A stretch of 43,613 nt of DNA from Ignavibacteriales bacterium (GTDB taxonomy: Bacteria; Desulfobacterota_D; UBA1144; Nemesobacterales; CSP1-2), in NCBI GenBank assembly GCA_050259195.1, contig JBLNAE010000362.1, positions 1-43,613 of the forward strand, in the 5' to 3' direction. Below are positions 18,501-27,298 of the stretch, in pieces. Position 1 is the stretch's first letter; each line of letters opens with the position of its first letter. The notes beneath the pieces are model-generated. The model was not told the DNA's origin. It did no database searches and was given only the letters and a program-made list of their open reading frames with translations. A program made the translations under genes and the position numbers.

Positions 18501-19757
18501 ATGAAATACGACGTAAAAGATTTAGGTCTTGCGGGGAGCGGGAAACTCCGGGTTGAGTGGGCCGCGCAGGAGATGCCCGTGCTTGCTCAGATAGAGGAGA
18601 GATTCAAAAAGGAAAAACCGCTAAAGGGTATAAAGATTGCGGCCTGCCTTCACGTAACTACGGAAACGGCGAATCTTACCATCACTCTGAAAGAGGGTGG
18701 CGCTCATGTGGCGCTTTGCGCTTCAAACCCACTTAGTACCCAGGACGATGTTGCTGCGTATCTGGTAAAGGCCCATAAGATGTCGGTTTTTGCGATAAAG
18801 GGGGAAGATACAAAGACATATTACAGCCATATAAGCGGCGTTCTTGATACCGCTCCGCACATAACAATGGATGACGGCGCAGATTTAGTTTCAATCCTCC
18901 ACAAAGATAGAACCGAACTCATAAGTAACGTAGTGGGAGGAACCGAGGAGACTACAACGGGGGTCATTCGTCTAAGGAGCATGGCCGAACACGGCGTGCT
19001 CAGATACCCGATTATCGCCGTAAATGATGCCGGAACAAAACATTTCTTCGATAACCGTTACGGAACAGGCCAGAGCACGGTTGACGCAATTATGAGAGCA
19101 ACAAACAGGTTAATCGCGGGTACAAGCTTTGTCATCTGCGGATACGGCTGGTGTGGAAAGGGAGTGTCTCAGAGAGTGCGTGGAATGGGGGCAAACGTGA
19201 TTGTAACAGAGGTTGATCCACTGAGGGCGCTGGAGGCCGCAATGGACGGATTCAAAGTAATGTCAATTGAACAGGCGTCAGAAATCGGGGATTTCTTCTG
19301 TACGGTTACGGGCAATATTGCCATCATAAGAAAAGAGCACTTTGCGCACATGAAAGATGGGGCGATAGTCTGCAACGCCGGTCACTTTAATGTCGAGCTT
19401 GATCTAAACGGGCTTCGCAGCATATCAAAGGGAAAGAGAAAGATAAGGAACTATGTCGAAGAATACACGCTCAAGAACGGGAAAAAGATCAACATTCTTG
19501 CCGAAGGAAGGCTTGTGAATTTGGCTTCAGCCGAAGGGCACCCATCGAGTGTTATGGATATGAGTTTTGCAAACCAGGCACTCTGCGCGGAATACATCGC
19601 GAAACACGCGAAGGACCTGGAAAATAGGGTGTATGACGTTCCCGAAAAGGTAGATAAAACCGTAGCCCAGATGAAGCTAAAGGCACTGGGAATAAAGATT
19701 GACGAGCTTACGCCTCAGCAGAAGAAGTATCTAGTATCTTGGGAAATGGGAACATAA
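18501..19757 (+). CDS. ahcY: Adenosylhomocysteinase (short, about 420-aa type)
   Basis: 418 aa with the substrate-domain TTETANL, the NAD-domain GYGWCGKG, and a conserved [13 protein letters not shown] stretch. Confidence 0.96.
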   Translation: MKYDVKDLGLAGSGKLRVEWAAQEMPVLAQIEERFKKEKPLKGIKIAACLHVTTETANLTITLKEGGAHVALCASNPLSTQDDVAAYLVKAHKMSVFAIKGEDTKTYYSHISGVLDTAPHITMDDGADLVSILHKDRTELISNVVGGTEETTTGVIRLRSMAEHGVLRYPIIAVNDAGTKHFFDNRYGTGQSTVDAIMRATNRLIAGTSFVICGYGWCGKGVSQRVRGMGANVIVTEVDPLRALEAAMDGFKVMSIEQASEIGDFFCTVTGNIAIIRKEHFAHMKDGAIVCNAGHFNVELDLNGLRSISKGKRKIRNYVEEYTLKNGKKINILAEGRLVNLASAEGHPSSVMDMSFANQALCAEYIAKHAKDLENRVYDVPEKVDKTVAQMKLKALGIKIDELTPQQKKYLVSWEMGT

Positions 19758-19765
19758 AATACCGG

Positions 19766-19843
19766 TTAACCACAGAGTTCACAGAGAACATAAAGAAATA
19801 TTTTTCAAACAATCTATGGGAATTCTGTGTTCTCTGTGGTTAA
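19766..19843. repeat. Imperfect-palindrome intergenic element (ahcY / xerD spacer)
   Basis: TTAACCACAGAG (19766-19777) pairs with CTCTGTGGTTAA (19832-19843). Alternatively, CACAGAGAACA (19780-19790) pairs with TGTTCTCTGTG (19828-19838). The spacer is A/T-rich. Confidence 0.65.
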
Positions 19844-20747
19844 AATAAAAGAGTATGACTTGAACCAACTTATAGATTCATTTCTTACATACCTCACTGC
19901 AGTCAAGGGACTTTCAAAAAACACGCTGGAATCCTACGGAAGAGATATTCTCAAACTCGCCGTCTTCCTCGAAGGGAAAAACATCACACGTATTGACCAG
20001 GTAGATTATAAGCATATACTGGATTTCTTCACATATTTAAAAGAGCAGGGGTTAAACACAAGGTCTACATCACGCACCCTTATATCCATAAGACAGTTCT
20101 TCAAATTTCTTCTTACCGAAAAATTCATTGAGTCGGATCCTACATTCCTCATCCGTACGCCAAAGACAAAAAGGGTCCTTCCCGAGACGCTTTCACTCGA
20201 AGACATAGAGAAGCTCCTCTCCCCTCCAGACGAATCATCGCCTGAGGGAATAAGGGATAAATCCATGCTTGAGGTCCTTTATGCGACTGGCATAAGGGTT
20301 TCAGAACTTGTAGAGCTGAGGCTTAATGATGTAAACTTTGAGCTGGGATATATAATAGCTTATGGAAAGGGTTCAAAACAAAGAATAGTTCCAATAGGAG
20401 AAAAAGCAAAAATTAAGCTGAGAGAGTATTTGGACACATCGAGACCAAAGCTTCTTAAATCCAGAACCTCGCCTCACCTTTTTGTTACTCGGCTGGGCAG
20501 GAAAATGACCCGTCAGGGATTCTGGAAGGTAATAAAAGCCTACTCAAGAAAATCCGGTCTTACGAAGAAAATAAGCCCACACACGCTCAGGCACTCATTT
20601 GCCACTCATCTGCTTGAGCGGGGGGCGGATTTAAGAGCAATTCAGGTAATGCTTGGTCATTCGGACATTTCCACAACCCAAATTTATACTCATGTTGAGA
20701 GGGAAAGGCTCAAAGAGGTACATAAAAAATATCATCCGAGGTCTTAA
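19827..20747 (+). CDS. xerD: Tyrosine site-specific recombinase, XerD/XerC family
   Basis: C-terminal catalytic motifs HTLRHSFATHLLERGADLRAIQVMLGHSDISTTQIYTHV. The track start (GTG 19827) lies inside the right arm of the palindrome, so the real start is probably downstream (for example in-frame TTG 19860). XerD versus XerC cannot be decided from sequence alone. Confidence 0.85.
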   Translation: MFSVVKIKEYDLNQLIDSFLTYLTAVKGLSKNTLESYGRDILKLAVFLEGKNITRIDQVDYKHILDFFTYLKEQGLNTRSTSRTLISIRQFFKFLLTEKFIESDPTFLIRTPKTKRVLPETLSLEDIEKLLSPPDESSPEGIRDKSMLEVLYATGIRVSELVELRLNDVNFELGYIIAYGKGSKQRIVPIGEKAKIKLREYLDTSRPKLLKSRTSPHLFVTRLGRKMTRQGFWKVIKAYSRKSGLTKKISPHTLRHSFATHLLERGADLRAIQVMLGHSDISTTQIYTHVERERLKEVHKKYHPRS

Positions 20748-20766
20748 AACGCGTGTTAAACACGAA

Positions 20767-20829
20767 GTCACTAAGGTACAAAGAAAAATTTAACTAATTT
20801 TGAACTTAGCGGCCTTGTGCCTTAGTGAC
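20767..20829. repeat. Imperfect-palindrome intergenic element (xerD / M50 protease spacer)
   Basis: GTCACTAAGGTACAAAG (20767-20783) matches the reverse complement of CTTGTGCCTTAGTGAC (20814-20829). About 15 bp pair, around an A/T-rich spacer (AAAAATTTAACTAATTTTGAAC). Confidence 0.6.
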
Positions 20830-20849
20830 GATATTTAACTTATACTCAA

Positions 20850-21533
20850 ATGAATTTCAACGTCAAACTTTTACTCATCCAGGTTCCAGTAATTCTTTTT
20901 GCCCTCACTGTGCATGAGTTCTGTCATGCCTGGGTCGCAAATATGCTTGGGGACGACACGGCGAAAAGACAGGGACGCCTGACCCTAAATCCGGTTGCGC
21001 ACCTGGACGTGTTAGGAACGATACTAATGTTTGTTGCGGGGTTTGGATGGGCTAGGCCTGTTCCTATCAATTCCCTGAATTTCAAAAATCCAAGGAAGGG
21101 AATACTTCTTGTAGCCCTTGCTGGGCCGGTGTCAAATTTCATTATGGCTATTGTTGCAGGAATCGCGCTCAGGTTTATCATTCCCCGTCTCGCAGGTGTA
21201 GAATTAAGCTCTACTTTATCCGGGATCATGTCCGTGTCGCTTGTTATGATAATTCTTATGCTTCAATTCGGGCTTGCCCTAGCCATATTTAATCTGATTC
21301 CAATAGCTCCACTTGATGGTTCAAGGGTGCTCTTTGGACTCTTGCCTGAGAGGCAGGCCTATGCCTACAGCCGATTCGAGCCTTATGGGATGCTAATTCT
21401 ATTTGCTCTTTTTATATTCGGGGGACAGATCTTTTCCTATATATTATGGTATCCCGTCTCGATTTTTACAGAGGTTTTATCGGGGTATAATTACTTTCAA
21501 CTGTCTCACCTGTGGAGGTCCCTGGTTTCGTGA
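20850..21533 (+). CDS. Site-2 protease family (peptidase M50) membrane metalloprotease
   Basis: HEFCH (HExxH) in the first TM region, LNPVAHLD, and the NLIPIAPLDG motif near TM5. There are six predicted TM helices. Confidence 0.85.
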   Translation: MNFNVKLLLIQVPVILFALTVHEFCHAWVANMLGDDTAKRQGRLTLNPVAHLDVLGTILMFVAGFGWARPVPINSLNFKNPRKGILLVALAGPVSNFIMAIVAGIALRFIIPRLAGVELSSTLSGIMSVSLVMIILMLQFGLALAIFNLIPIAPLDGSRVLFGLLPERQAYAYSRFEPYGMLILFALFIFGGQIFSYILWYPVSIFTEVLSGYNYFQLSHLWRSLVS

Positions 21534-22669
21534 AAGACATATTATCTGACACGGAGCATACATCAGATAGAAATAATGGAGTATTGGATGGTGTATTACC
21601 CGAATCTGCCTTATCTGGTGCGCAGTCCGCACCGGATAGGAATAAAGAGTCCGGTTCGGGAGGTAATAAACAGTACGCACCAGATGGGAATAAGAGAATT
21701 CTCAGCGGTATGCGCCCAACGGGAAAGCTTCACCTTGGGCATCTCCACGGCGCTCTTGAGAATTGGCGCGATCTCCAGAATAAATATGAATGCTTCTACT
21801 TTATTGCCGACTGGCATGCGCTCACAACCGATTATGCGGACCCTTCGGGAATAAAAGAGTCCGCGTACGAGATGCTTGCCGACTGGATTGCATGTGGAAT
21901 TGACCCGAACAAGTCAACAATATTCGTTCAATCTCATATAAAAGAACATGCAGAACTCGCATTGCTCCTTGCCATGATAACCCCCCTTAGCTGGCTTGAG
22001 CGCGTTCCGACGTATAAAGAGATGAAGGAACAGCTTCAAGATAAAGACCTTGCCACCTATGGATTCCTGGGCTATCCTCTCCTCCAGACGGCCGATATAA
22101 TCGTCTACAAAGCCGGTTACGTTCCCGTTGGAGAGGATCAGGTTCCTCATCTTGAGCTTGCAAGAGAAATCGTAAGGCGTTTTCACCATCTCTACGGAGA
22201 AACCTTTCCGGAGCCGAACCCGCTTCTTACAAAGGTTCCCAAGATTCTCGGCACAGACGGAAGGAAGATGAGCAAGAGTTACGGAAACGCGATTTATCTC
22301 AGCGATACGCCCGAAGAGATTACATCAAAAATAATGAAAATGTACACAGACCCCAGGAGGCTCAGGAGGAACGATCCAGGAAACCCGGATGACTGCGGCA
22401 TCTTTTATCTCCACAAATTCCACAGCCGGGAAGAGGATATAGCCATGGTTAACCGCGAGTGCCGCACTGCCGGAATCGGGTGCGTGGATTGTAAAAAGCT
22501 TCTGCTCCCCACTCTCATTAGAGAACTGACACCAATCAGAGAGAAAAGAGAAGAATTGATGAAAAGAAAGGATGAACTGGAGGACATAATCAGGGCCGGT
22601 GATAAAAAAGCAAGAGAGGTTGCAGGAGAAACGCTTGAGGAAGTTAGGAGAAAACTTGGCATCGCCTGA
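21530..22669 (+). CDS. trpS: Tryptophan--tRNA ligase with a roughly 55-aa low-complexity N-terminal extension
   Basis: The core starts at KRILSGMRPTGKLHLGH (HIGH-type motif), with KMSKS downstream. GTG 21530 overlaps the M50 stop as GTGA. GTG 21512 is an alternative start. Confidence 0.9.
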   Translation: MKDILSDTEHTSDRNNGVLDGVLPESALSGAQSAPDRNKESGSGGNKQYAPDGNKRILSGMRPTGKLHLGHLHGALENWRDLQNKYECFYFIADWHALTTDYADPSGIKESAYEMLADWIACGIDPNKSTIFVQSHIKEHAELALLLAMITPLSWLERVPTYKEMKEQLQDKDLATYGFLGYPLLQTADIIVYKAGYVPVGEDQVPHLELAREIVRRFHHLYGETFPEPNPLLTKVPKILGTDGRKMSKSYGNAIYLSDTPEEITSKIMKMYTDPRRLRRNDPGNPDDCGIFYLHKFHSREEDIAMVNRECRTAGIGCVDCKKLLLPTLIRELTPIREKREELMKRKDELEDIIRAGDKKAREVAGETLEEVRRKLGIA

Positions 22670-23393
22670 GCCATGTTTGGTAAGACTTGAAACATTTGAA
22701 GGCCCGCTTGATCTTCTTTTGCATCTCATAAAGAAGAGTGAGATTGATATCTATGACATTCCCATCGCAATGGTAACCGAACAGTATCTTGAATATCTCG
22801 ATATGATGAGAGAGCTTAATATTGAGATTGCAGGGGACTATCTTGTAATGGCTGCAGAACTTGGACTTATAAAGTCAAAGATGCTCCTTCCAAAATCCGA
22901 ACCTGAGAAAGAAGAGGAAGAAGACCCAAGAGCAGAGCTTGTAAGAAGGCTTCTTGAATATCAGAGATATAAAGACGCGGCAGAGAAATTGGTGAATTTT
23001 GAGATTTTAGAAAGAGACGTTTTCGCAAAAATCGGTCATGATGAAGAGGAAGGGGAGCAGAGAAACCAACTGATAAAAACCGACTTATGGTCTCTAATCG
23101 AGGCTTTCCGTGAGATTTGCAAACGGAGAGATTCTTCGTGGGTGAGCAATATTAAATTTGATTTAGAGACGGTAACGCTCGACGACAAAATAAGAGAATT
23201 AATCTCAAGGCTCAGAGAATGCAGAACAATTTCATTCGAAGACCTTTTCAACGGAAGCGCATCGAGGTTTGACATAGTACTAACCTTTCTTGCTGTTCTG
23301 GAGCTTATAAAAACCGAGGTTCTGGGAGCGTTTCAGGACTCCCCCTACGCTCCGATTCAGATAGTTTATATGGGAGAAAGCAGCCCTCTTTGA
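22656..23393 (+). CDS. scpA: Segregation and condensation protein A
   Basis: FEGPLDLLLHLI signature near the N-terminus. The TTG at 22656 sits 5 nt after AGGAG (22646-22650). The track ORF begins at GTG 22599, which would overlap trpS by 71 nt. Confidence 0.88.
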   Translation: MASPEPCLVRLETFEGPLDLLLHLIKKSEIDIYDIPIAMVTEQYLEYLDMMRELNIEIAGDYLVMAAELGLIKSKMLLPKSEPEKEEEEDPRAELVRRLLEYQRYKDAAEKLVNFEILERDVFAKIGHDEEEGEQRNQLIKTDLWSLIEAFREICKRRDSSWVSNIKFDLETVTLDDKIRELISRLRECRTISFEDLFNGSASRFDIVLTFLAVLELIKTEVLGAFQDSPYAPIQIVYMGESSPL

Positions 23394-23396
23394 TTT

Positions 23397-23425
23397 GTAG
23401 GGGCGGGTTTCAAACCCGCCCCTAC
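23397..23425. repeat. Perfect GC-rich palindrome between scpA and scpB
   Basis: GTAGGGGCGGGTTT-C-AAACCCGCCCCTAC has 14-nt arms that are exact reverse complements. It starts 3 nt after the scpA stop. Confidence 0.9.
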
Positions 23426-23434
23426 CATACAAAA

Positions 23435-23995
23435 ATGGATATGGAGCAGAATTATATAAAAAGGGCAATTGAGTGCATAATTCTCGTTTCAGGGAAACCG
23501 GTTCCTTCAAAAGAACTCATTGAGGTTTTTCCCGATTTGGGTAAAGAGGAATTAAAACAGTGCCTTGATGAACTGATAAATGAGTGGAATGAACTCGGTC
23601 GTGGGTTTAGGTTGCAGGAGGTTGCGGGCGGATACCAGTTTAGAACCCTTTCCGATTACAGCGAGATTATAATCCAATTTAAGCAATCAAAACCATTCCG
23701 CCTGAGCCGCGCCGCGCTTGAGGTTCTCGCAATAATCGCCTACAGACAGCCCATTACAAGGATTGAGATAGACCAGATAAGGGGGGTAGACTCATCCGGC
23801 GTTATAGGTTTGCTCCTCGATAAGCATCTCATAGAGATGCAGGGAAGAAAAGAGGTGATTGGAAGGCCGTTTCTCTATAGAACTACAGAGGAGTTTCTCC
23901 AAACCTTTGGACTCAAGACCCTGAAAGACCTCCCCACCCTTAAAGAGTTGGAAGAAATACAGAAATCTATGGAGGAATCAGCAAAGGTTTACTAG
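23435..23995 (+). CDS. scpB: Segregation and condensation protein B
   Basis: GGYQFRT and SRAALEVLAIIAYRQPITRIEIDQIRGV motifs. I start it at ATG 23435 because the first 15 codons of the track ORF simply translate the palindrome. Confidence 0.9.
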   Translation: MDMEQNYIKRAIECIILVSGKPVPSKELIEVFPDLGKEELKQCLDELINEWNELGRGFRLQEVAGGYQFRTLSDYSEIIIQFKQSKPFRLSRAALEVLAIIAYRQPITRIEIDQIRGVDSSGVIGLLLDKHLIEMQGRKEVIGRPFLYRTTEEFLQTFGLKTLKDLPTLKELEEIQKSMEESAKVY

Positions 23996-24012
23996 AAGCT
24001 ATCTCATAACAG

Positions 24013-24034
24013 GAACAGACATTCTTGTCTGTTC
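24013..24034 (+). terminator. Perfect 9-bp hairpin downstream of scpB (terminator-like, without a T-run)
   Basis: GAACAGACA (24013-24021), loop TTCT, then TGTCTGTTC (24026-24034), 18 nt after the scpB stop. Confidence 0.4.
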
Positions 24035-24087
24035 TACCCATGATGGGTTAGACTAATTCAATTGTTTAATCGTGGATAATAAAAGCT

Positions 24088-24120
24088 GTCATTGCGAGAA
24101 ACGAAGTGACGAAGCAATCC
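24088..24120. repeat. GTCATTGCGAG...GAAGCAATCC motif (short intergenic repeat class)
   Basis: The sequence is GTCATTGCGAGAAACGAAGTGACGAAGCAATCC, with ATTGC and GCAAT as terminal complements. From memory it resembles a motif widespread in genomes of uncultivated bacteria. This was not checked against any database. Confidence 0.4.
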
Positions 24121-24175
24121 CAAAACCATATTGTCCGACAACCTTCTATTTTCCATAAATGTGTATAACTCAATT

Positions 24176-24649
24176 TTATTGATGGGCCATTAAGGATAAA
24201 AGCTCTTTTTCTTTTTTCCTCATCATCAGTGCATCATTCTTTTTTTTATGGTCGTATCCCAAAAGGTGAAGAATCCCATGAACGATAAGCTTCCGGACTT
24301 CTTTTTCTAAACTGTTTCGATAAAATCGTGCGTGCCTTTTCGCCGTATCTATTGAGATTACTATATCTCCTAGCAAGGGGTTTTCTAGATTGTCTCTAGC
24401 AATAGCGGCATTCAACCCTATCGAATCCCGTTCATTTTTTTGTGGAAATGAAAGAACATCTGTTGTCCTTTTCATTCCTCTGTAGGTTTCATTAAGTTTC
24501 CTCATAGCATCATCGTCTAAAAACGTTATGCAGACTTCTGTGTTTCTAGACAGGTTGAGAATATTAAGAATCAGTTTAATTCGTTTTTTTAACTCCCTTT
24601 TTTTTTGCGAATCAAGATAGCGGATGCTATCAACTATGTGTATTTTCAT
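24176..24649 (-). CDS. ybeY: rRNA maturation endoribonuclease YbeY
   Basis: 157 aa with the zinc-binding HGILHLLGYDH motif. Confidence 0.92.
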   Translation of the reverse strand: MKIHIVDSIRYLDSQKKRELKKRIKLILNILNLSRNTEVCITFLDDDAMRKLNETYRGMKRTTDVLSFPQKNERDSIGLNAAIARDNLENPLLGDIVISIDTAKRHARFYRNSLEKEVRKLIVHGILHLLGYDHKKKNDALMMRKKEKELLSLMAHQ

Positions 24650-24849
24650 TTACTTGTATAACTCTAACATAAGAAATTGGACTCAGTTTCAAGTTTTCAA
24701 AGCCACACTGTCTTTAGCAATAGCGGTATTTAAGCACAAAATGTCATAGTAATGTGAACCTAGAAAAACCTCGTAGCCACGCCAGAGACCTGTTCACGGT
24801 TGCCGCAGTCCGCGCTGGGCTCACAGAGCACGACAAGTGCTTGCGATGG

Positions 24850-25778
24850 TCATACATCTACCACTAAGACGATCTTGCCTCGCTTGTGGGGCTCCCGGCC
24901 AGCATCTCGTGTGCTAGGCGCGCTTCAGCGAGGGGCAGCACCTCACCGACATTCGTTGTGAGTTGGCCAGAGTCGAGTAGATCGGCAATCTTGGTCAGAC
25001 CTTCGGATGTGACAGTGACGAGAAAGAACACGCCTCGGACACGCCATCGCGCGGCCTTGTCCTGATCAGGCATGGCGACCGAAGACAGGATCACACCTCC
25101 AGGCTTAAGAACCGCGAAGGATCGGTCGAGCGTCTCACCGCCAATTGTATCGAGGACGACGTCAACATCCTTCACCCTATCTTCGAAACGCGTCGTCTGT
25201 ACGTCTATAACTTGGTCGGCAAAAAGGGTGCGGACGTAATCAACATCGCGTGTGAATGCAGTGGCAATGACTTCGGCTTCGGCTCGCTTCGCAAGCTGCA
25301 CTGCATAGGCGCCAACATTGCCAGCGGCACCTTACACGAGCACCCCTTTCGTACCATTCACTTGCCCGTGATCGAACACCATCTGCCATGCCGTGCTCGC
25401 CACGACTGGAACAGAGGCAGCCTCAACGTAACTCAGCCGCACTGGCTTGCGCGCGATCATGGCAGCATCCGCGATGGCGCAGTCCGCGTAGGCGCCGGTG
25501 AACTGAGAATTCGTTACACCGAATACTTCGTCGCCAGGTCGGAAATTGGAGACACCTGAACCAACGCCCTCGACAACACCCGATAGATCAGATCCGAGAA
25601 TTAAAGGCAACGGCTGAGGAAGCGCACTCTTGCCAGCTCTCACCCAAGCATCCCAAGGGCCGACTCCGGCCGCCTTGACTCGGACCAACACCTGACCCTC
25701 TCCAGGCACAGGTCGAGGCACTTCTTCATAAATGATAGCTTGAAGTCCTCCGAGTTGGTGAACGCGCACCGCTTTCAT
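24850..25778 (-). pseudogene. Decayed NADPH:quinone oxidoreductase / zeta-crystallin-like MDR gene
   Basis: Two adjacent ORFs (25332-25778 and 24864-25301) read through as one MDR protein. An in-frame TAA (25332-25334) interrupts VLV*GAAGNVGAYAVQLAK. Near 24888-24893 the frame slips by 1 nt, after which another frame gives the family-typical ending PHKRGKIVLVVDV* (stop 24850-24852). The segment is visibly GC-rich. Confidence 0.8.
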
Positions 25779-25853
25779 CGGCCGTATCAGTGTACTTTAA
25801 TATAGTGGGTTATACGGAAATCCTTGCGCCTATTCCCTTCTGTTAATAATCAA

Positions 25854-26528
25854 TCAGCTTACCGTCTTACCGCTTCTATTATTAAATAGGGTTGAAATTG
25901 CCCGCTTAATGGCAACTCCAATGTGATTGATCTCGCGCACCGGTTCGGTCACCTGTTTCTGCACAGTTGTAGTCGTCGAGTCAATTTTATCCGTCGTGCG
26001 CCTAACCAGTTCATCCAATCGCTCAGCCTGATTTTTCAAGGTCAAAGCTATATCACGCGTCGCGCCGGTTATGTCGTTAGCCTTTGTTCCAATATCGCGC
26101 ACAACCGGTTGAGCATCGTTGAGAATGTCGTGTACTGTAGCAGTTATGTGATTAGTCTTTATGAGTATGTCTCTCACCAACGGTTTAGACTCAGAAATAG
26201 TGTTATTTATAGTTTCCCTATTATCATTTACAATTCCATGCGCCTGACTGAGGATACTGTGCACCACACCAGCTATGTCATTGGTTTTTATCATTATATC
26301 TTTCACGACCGGCTGGGATTCAGAGACAGTTGCAGTTATCTTATCTCTGTTATCGCTTATAATTCTCTGCATATCGCTGAGGATTGGATTAACATGGTCG
26401 CTTGCTTTCTTCAGTCCCGCTATAAGTGGTTTCAACATCATATAGATTAGCGTAAGCACAACCATATTGACGATAAAAACAACCAAAACGGCAATTGCAA
26501 TTACCCATTGAAAGACTTCACTTCCCAT
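25854..26528 (-). CDS. Membrane-anchored DUF948-like protein with tandem repeats of about 43 aa
   Basis: An N-terminal TM helix is followed by repeats: SDNRDKITATVSESQPVVKDIMIKTNDIAGVVHSILSQAHG, then NDNRETINNTISESKPLVRDILIKTNHITATVHDILNDAQP, then a third partial unit. Confidence 0.65.
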   Translation of the reverse strand: MGSEVFQWVIAIAVLVVFIVNMVVLTLIYMMLKPLIAGLKKASDHVNPILSDMQRIISDNRDKITATVSESQPVVKDIMIKTNDIAGVVHSILSQAHGIVNDNRETINNTISESKPLVRDILIKTNHITATVHDILNDAQPVVRDIGTKANDITGATRDIALTLKNQAERLDELVRRTTDKIDSTTTTVQKQVTEPVREINHIGVAIKRAISTLFNNRSGKTVS

Positions 26529-26546
26529 AATGCTCCTCCTCCCATT

Positions 26547-27029
26547 TTATAGTTCAGCTTTTTGCTTCTCTTCTATATAAGCCTGCTTGCCAGTTTGAAT
26601 TGCTTCTGAGAGTCGCTCAACACTTTCGACCAAAGTCTCTTTAGCCTCTCCAATTACTCCCGAGAGTTGGTCCGTACTTTTAGCTATTGTCCCTTTAGCC
26701 TCTTCAACAACGGTCAATAGGGTCTCCCGTCCTTTCTCAGCCAGGTCCTCAATTATCTCACGCGCAGTTTCGTATCCGCGCTCTGTTGTCTTATCTATCT
26801 GCGCTCTCATATCATCTCCCAATTTGGATGCAAATATCAAAGCCGCATCCGCCATCTTTTCCCTCATCTCTTTCCCGAACCTTGGTGAAAGCAACAAGGC
26901 TCCAACCGCACCGACACCACAGCCGATAAGAAAGTAGGTTAATTTAGTGTTTCTACCATCTTTGGCTAGAAATTTTATTTTCTCTGTTTTTCTTGAAGCT
27001 GGGGTTTTAAATTCCACGTATTCTTCCAT
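26547..27029 (-). CDS. YtxH-domain protein (general-stress type)
   Basis: A TM/YtxH signature (GCGVGAVGALLLSPRFGKEMREKM) is followed by a helical Glu/Lys-rich region. Confidence 0.7.
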   Translation of the reverse strand: MEEYVEFKTPASRKTEKIKFLAKDGRNTKLTYFLIGCGVGAVGALLLSPRFGKEMREKMADAALIFASKLGDDMRAQIDKTTERGYETAREIIEDLAEKGRETLLTVVEEAKGTIAKSTDQLSGVIGEAKETLVESVERLSEAIQTGKQAYIEEKQKAEL

Positions 27030-27298
27030 TGCTATCCTCCTCTCAACCGATTTTTAGAGTTGAATTGTTACCAGTGAAAAAGATAAAAAATCGAGAAGTT
27101 GTAATTCGATTTCCAATCCTTGCCGGATTAGGATTAAAAAAATTCTCTAGGGCAGTAGTAAAAGCCGTATTTCTATTTTGAACAAAGTAACCTACCCCAA
27201 ATAACCTCTCCTAATTCTCGTTTCATTTCGCTATATAATAGAATATCGAAAAGAAATTTAGGTTTCAACAACTTTTTTCTCCAAATATCATCTTCATG

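Noticed and set aside
24391-24730. A 20/22-nt match between an internal ybeY segment (24391-24412) and a site just upstream of ybeY (24709-24730), plus a third GCAATAGCGG at 37563
   Set aside because: A rough expectation for a window of this size suggests that a single 20/22 match, and a 10-mer occurring three times, are both within reach of chance. Similarity decays immediately outside the 22-mer. I therefore do not call it a target-site duplication or a repeat.
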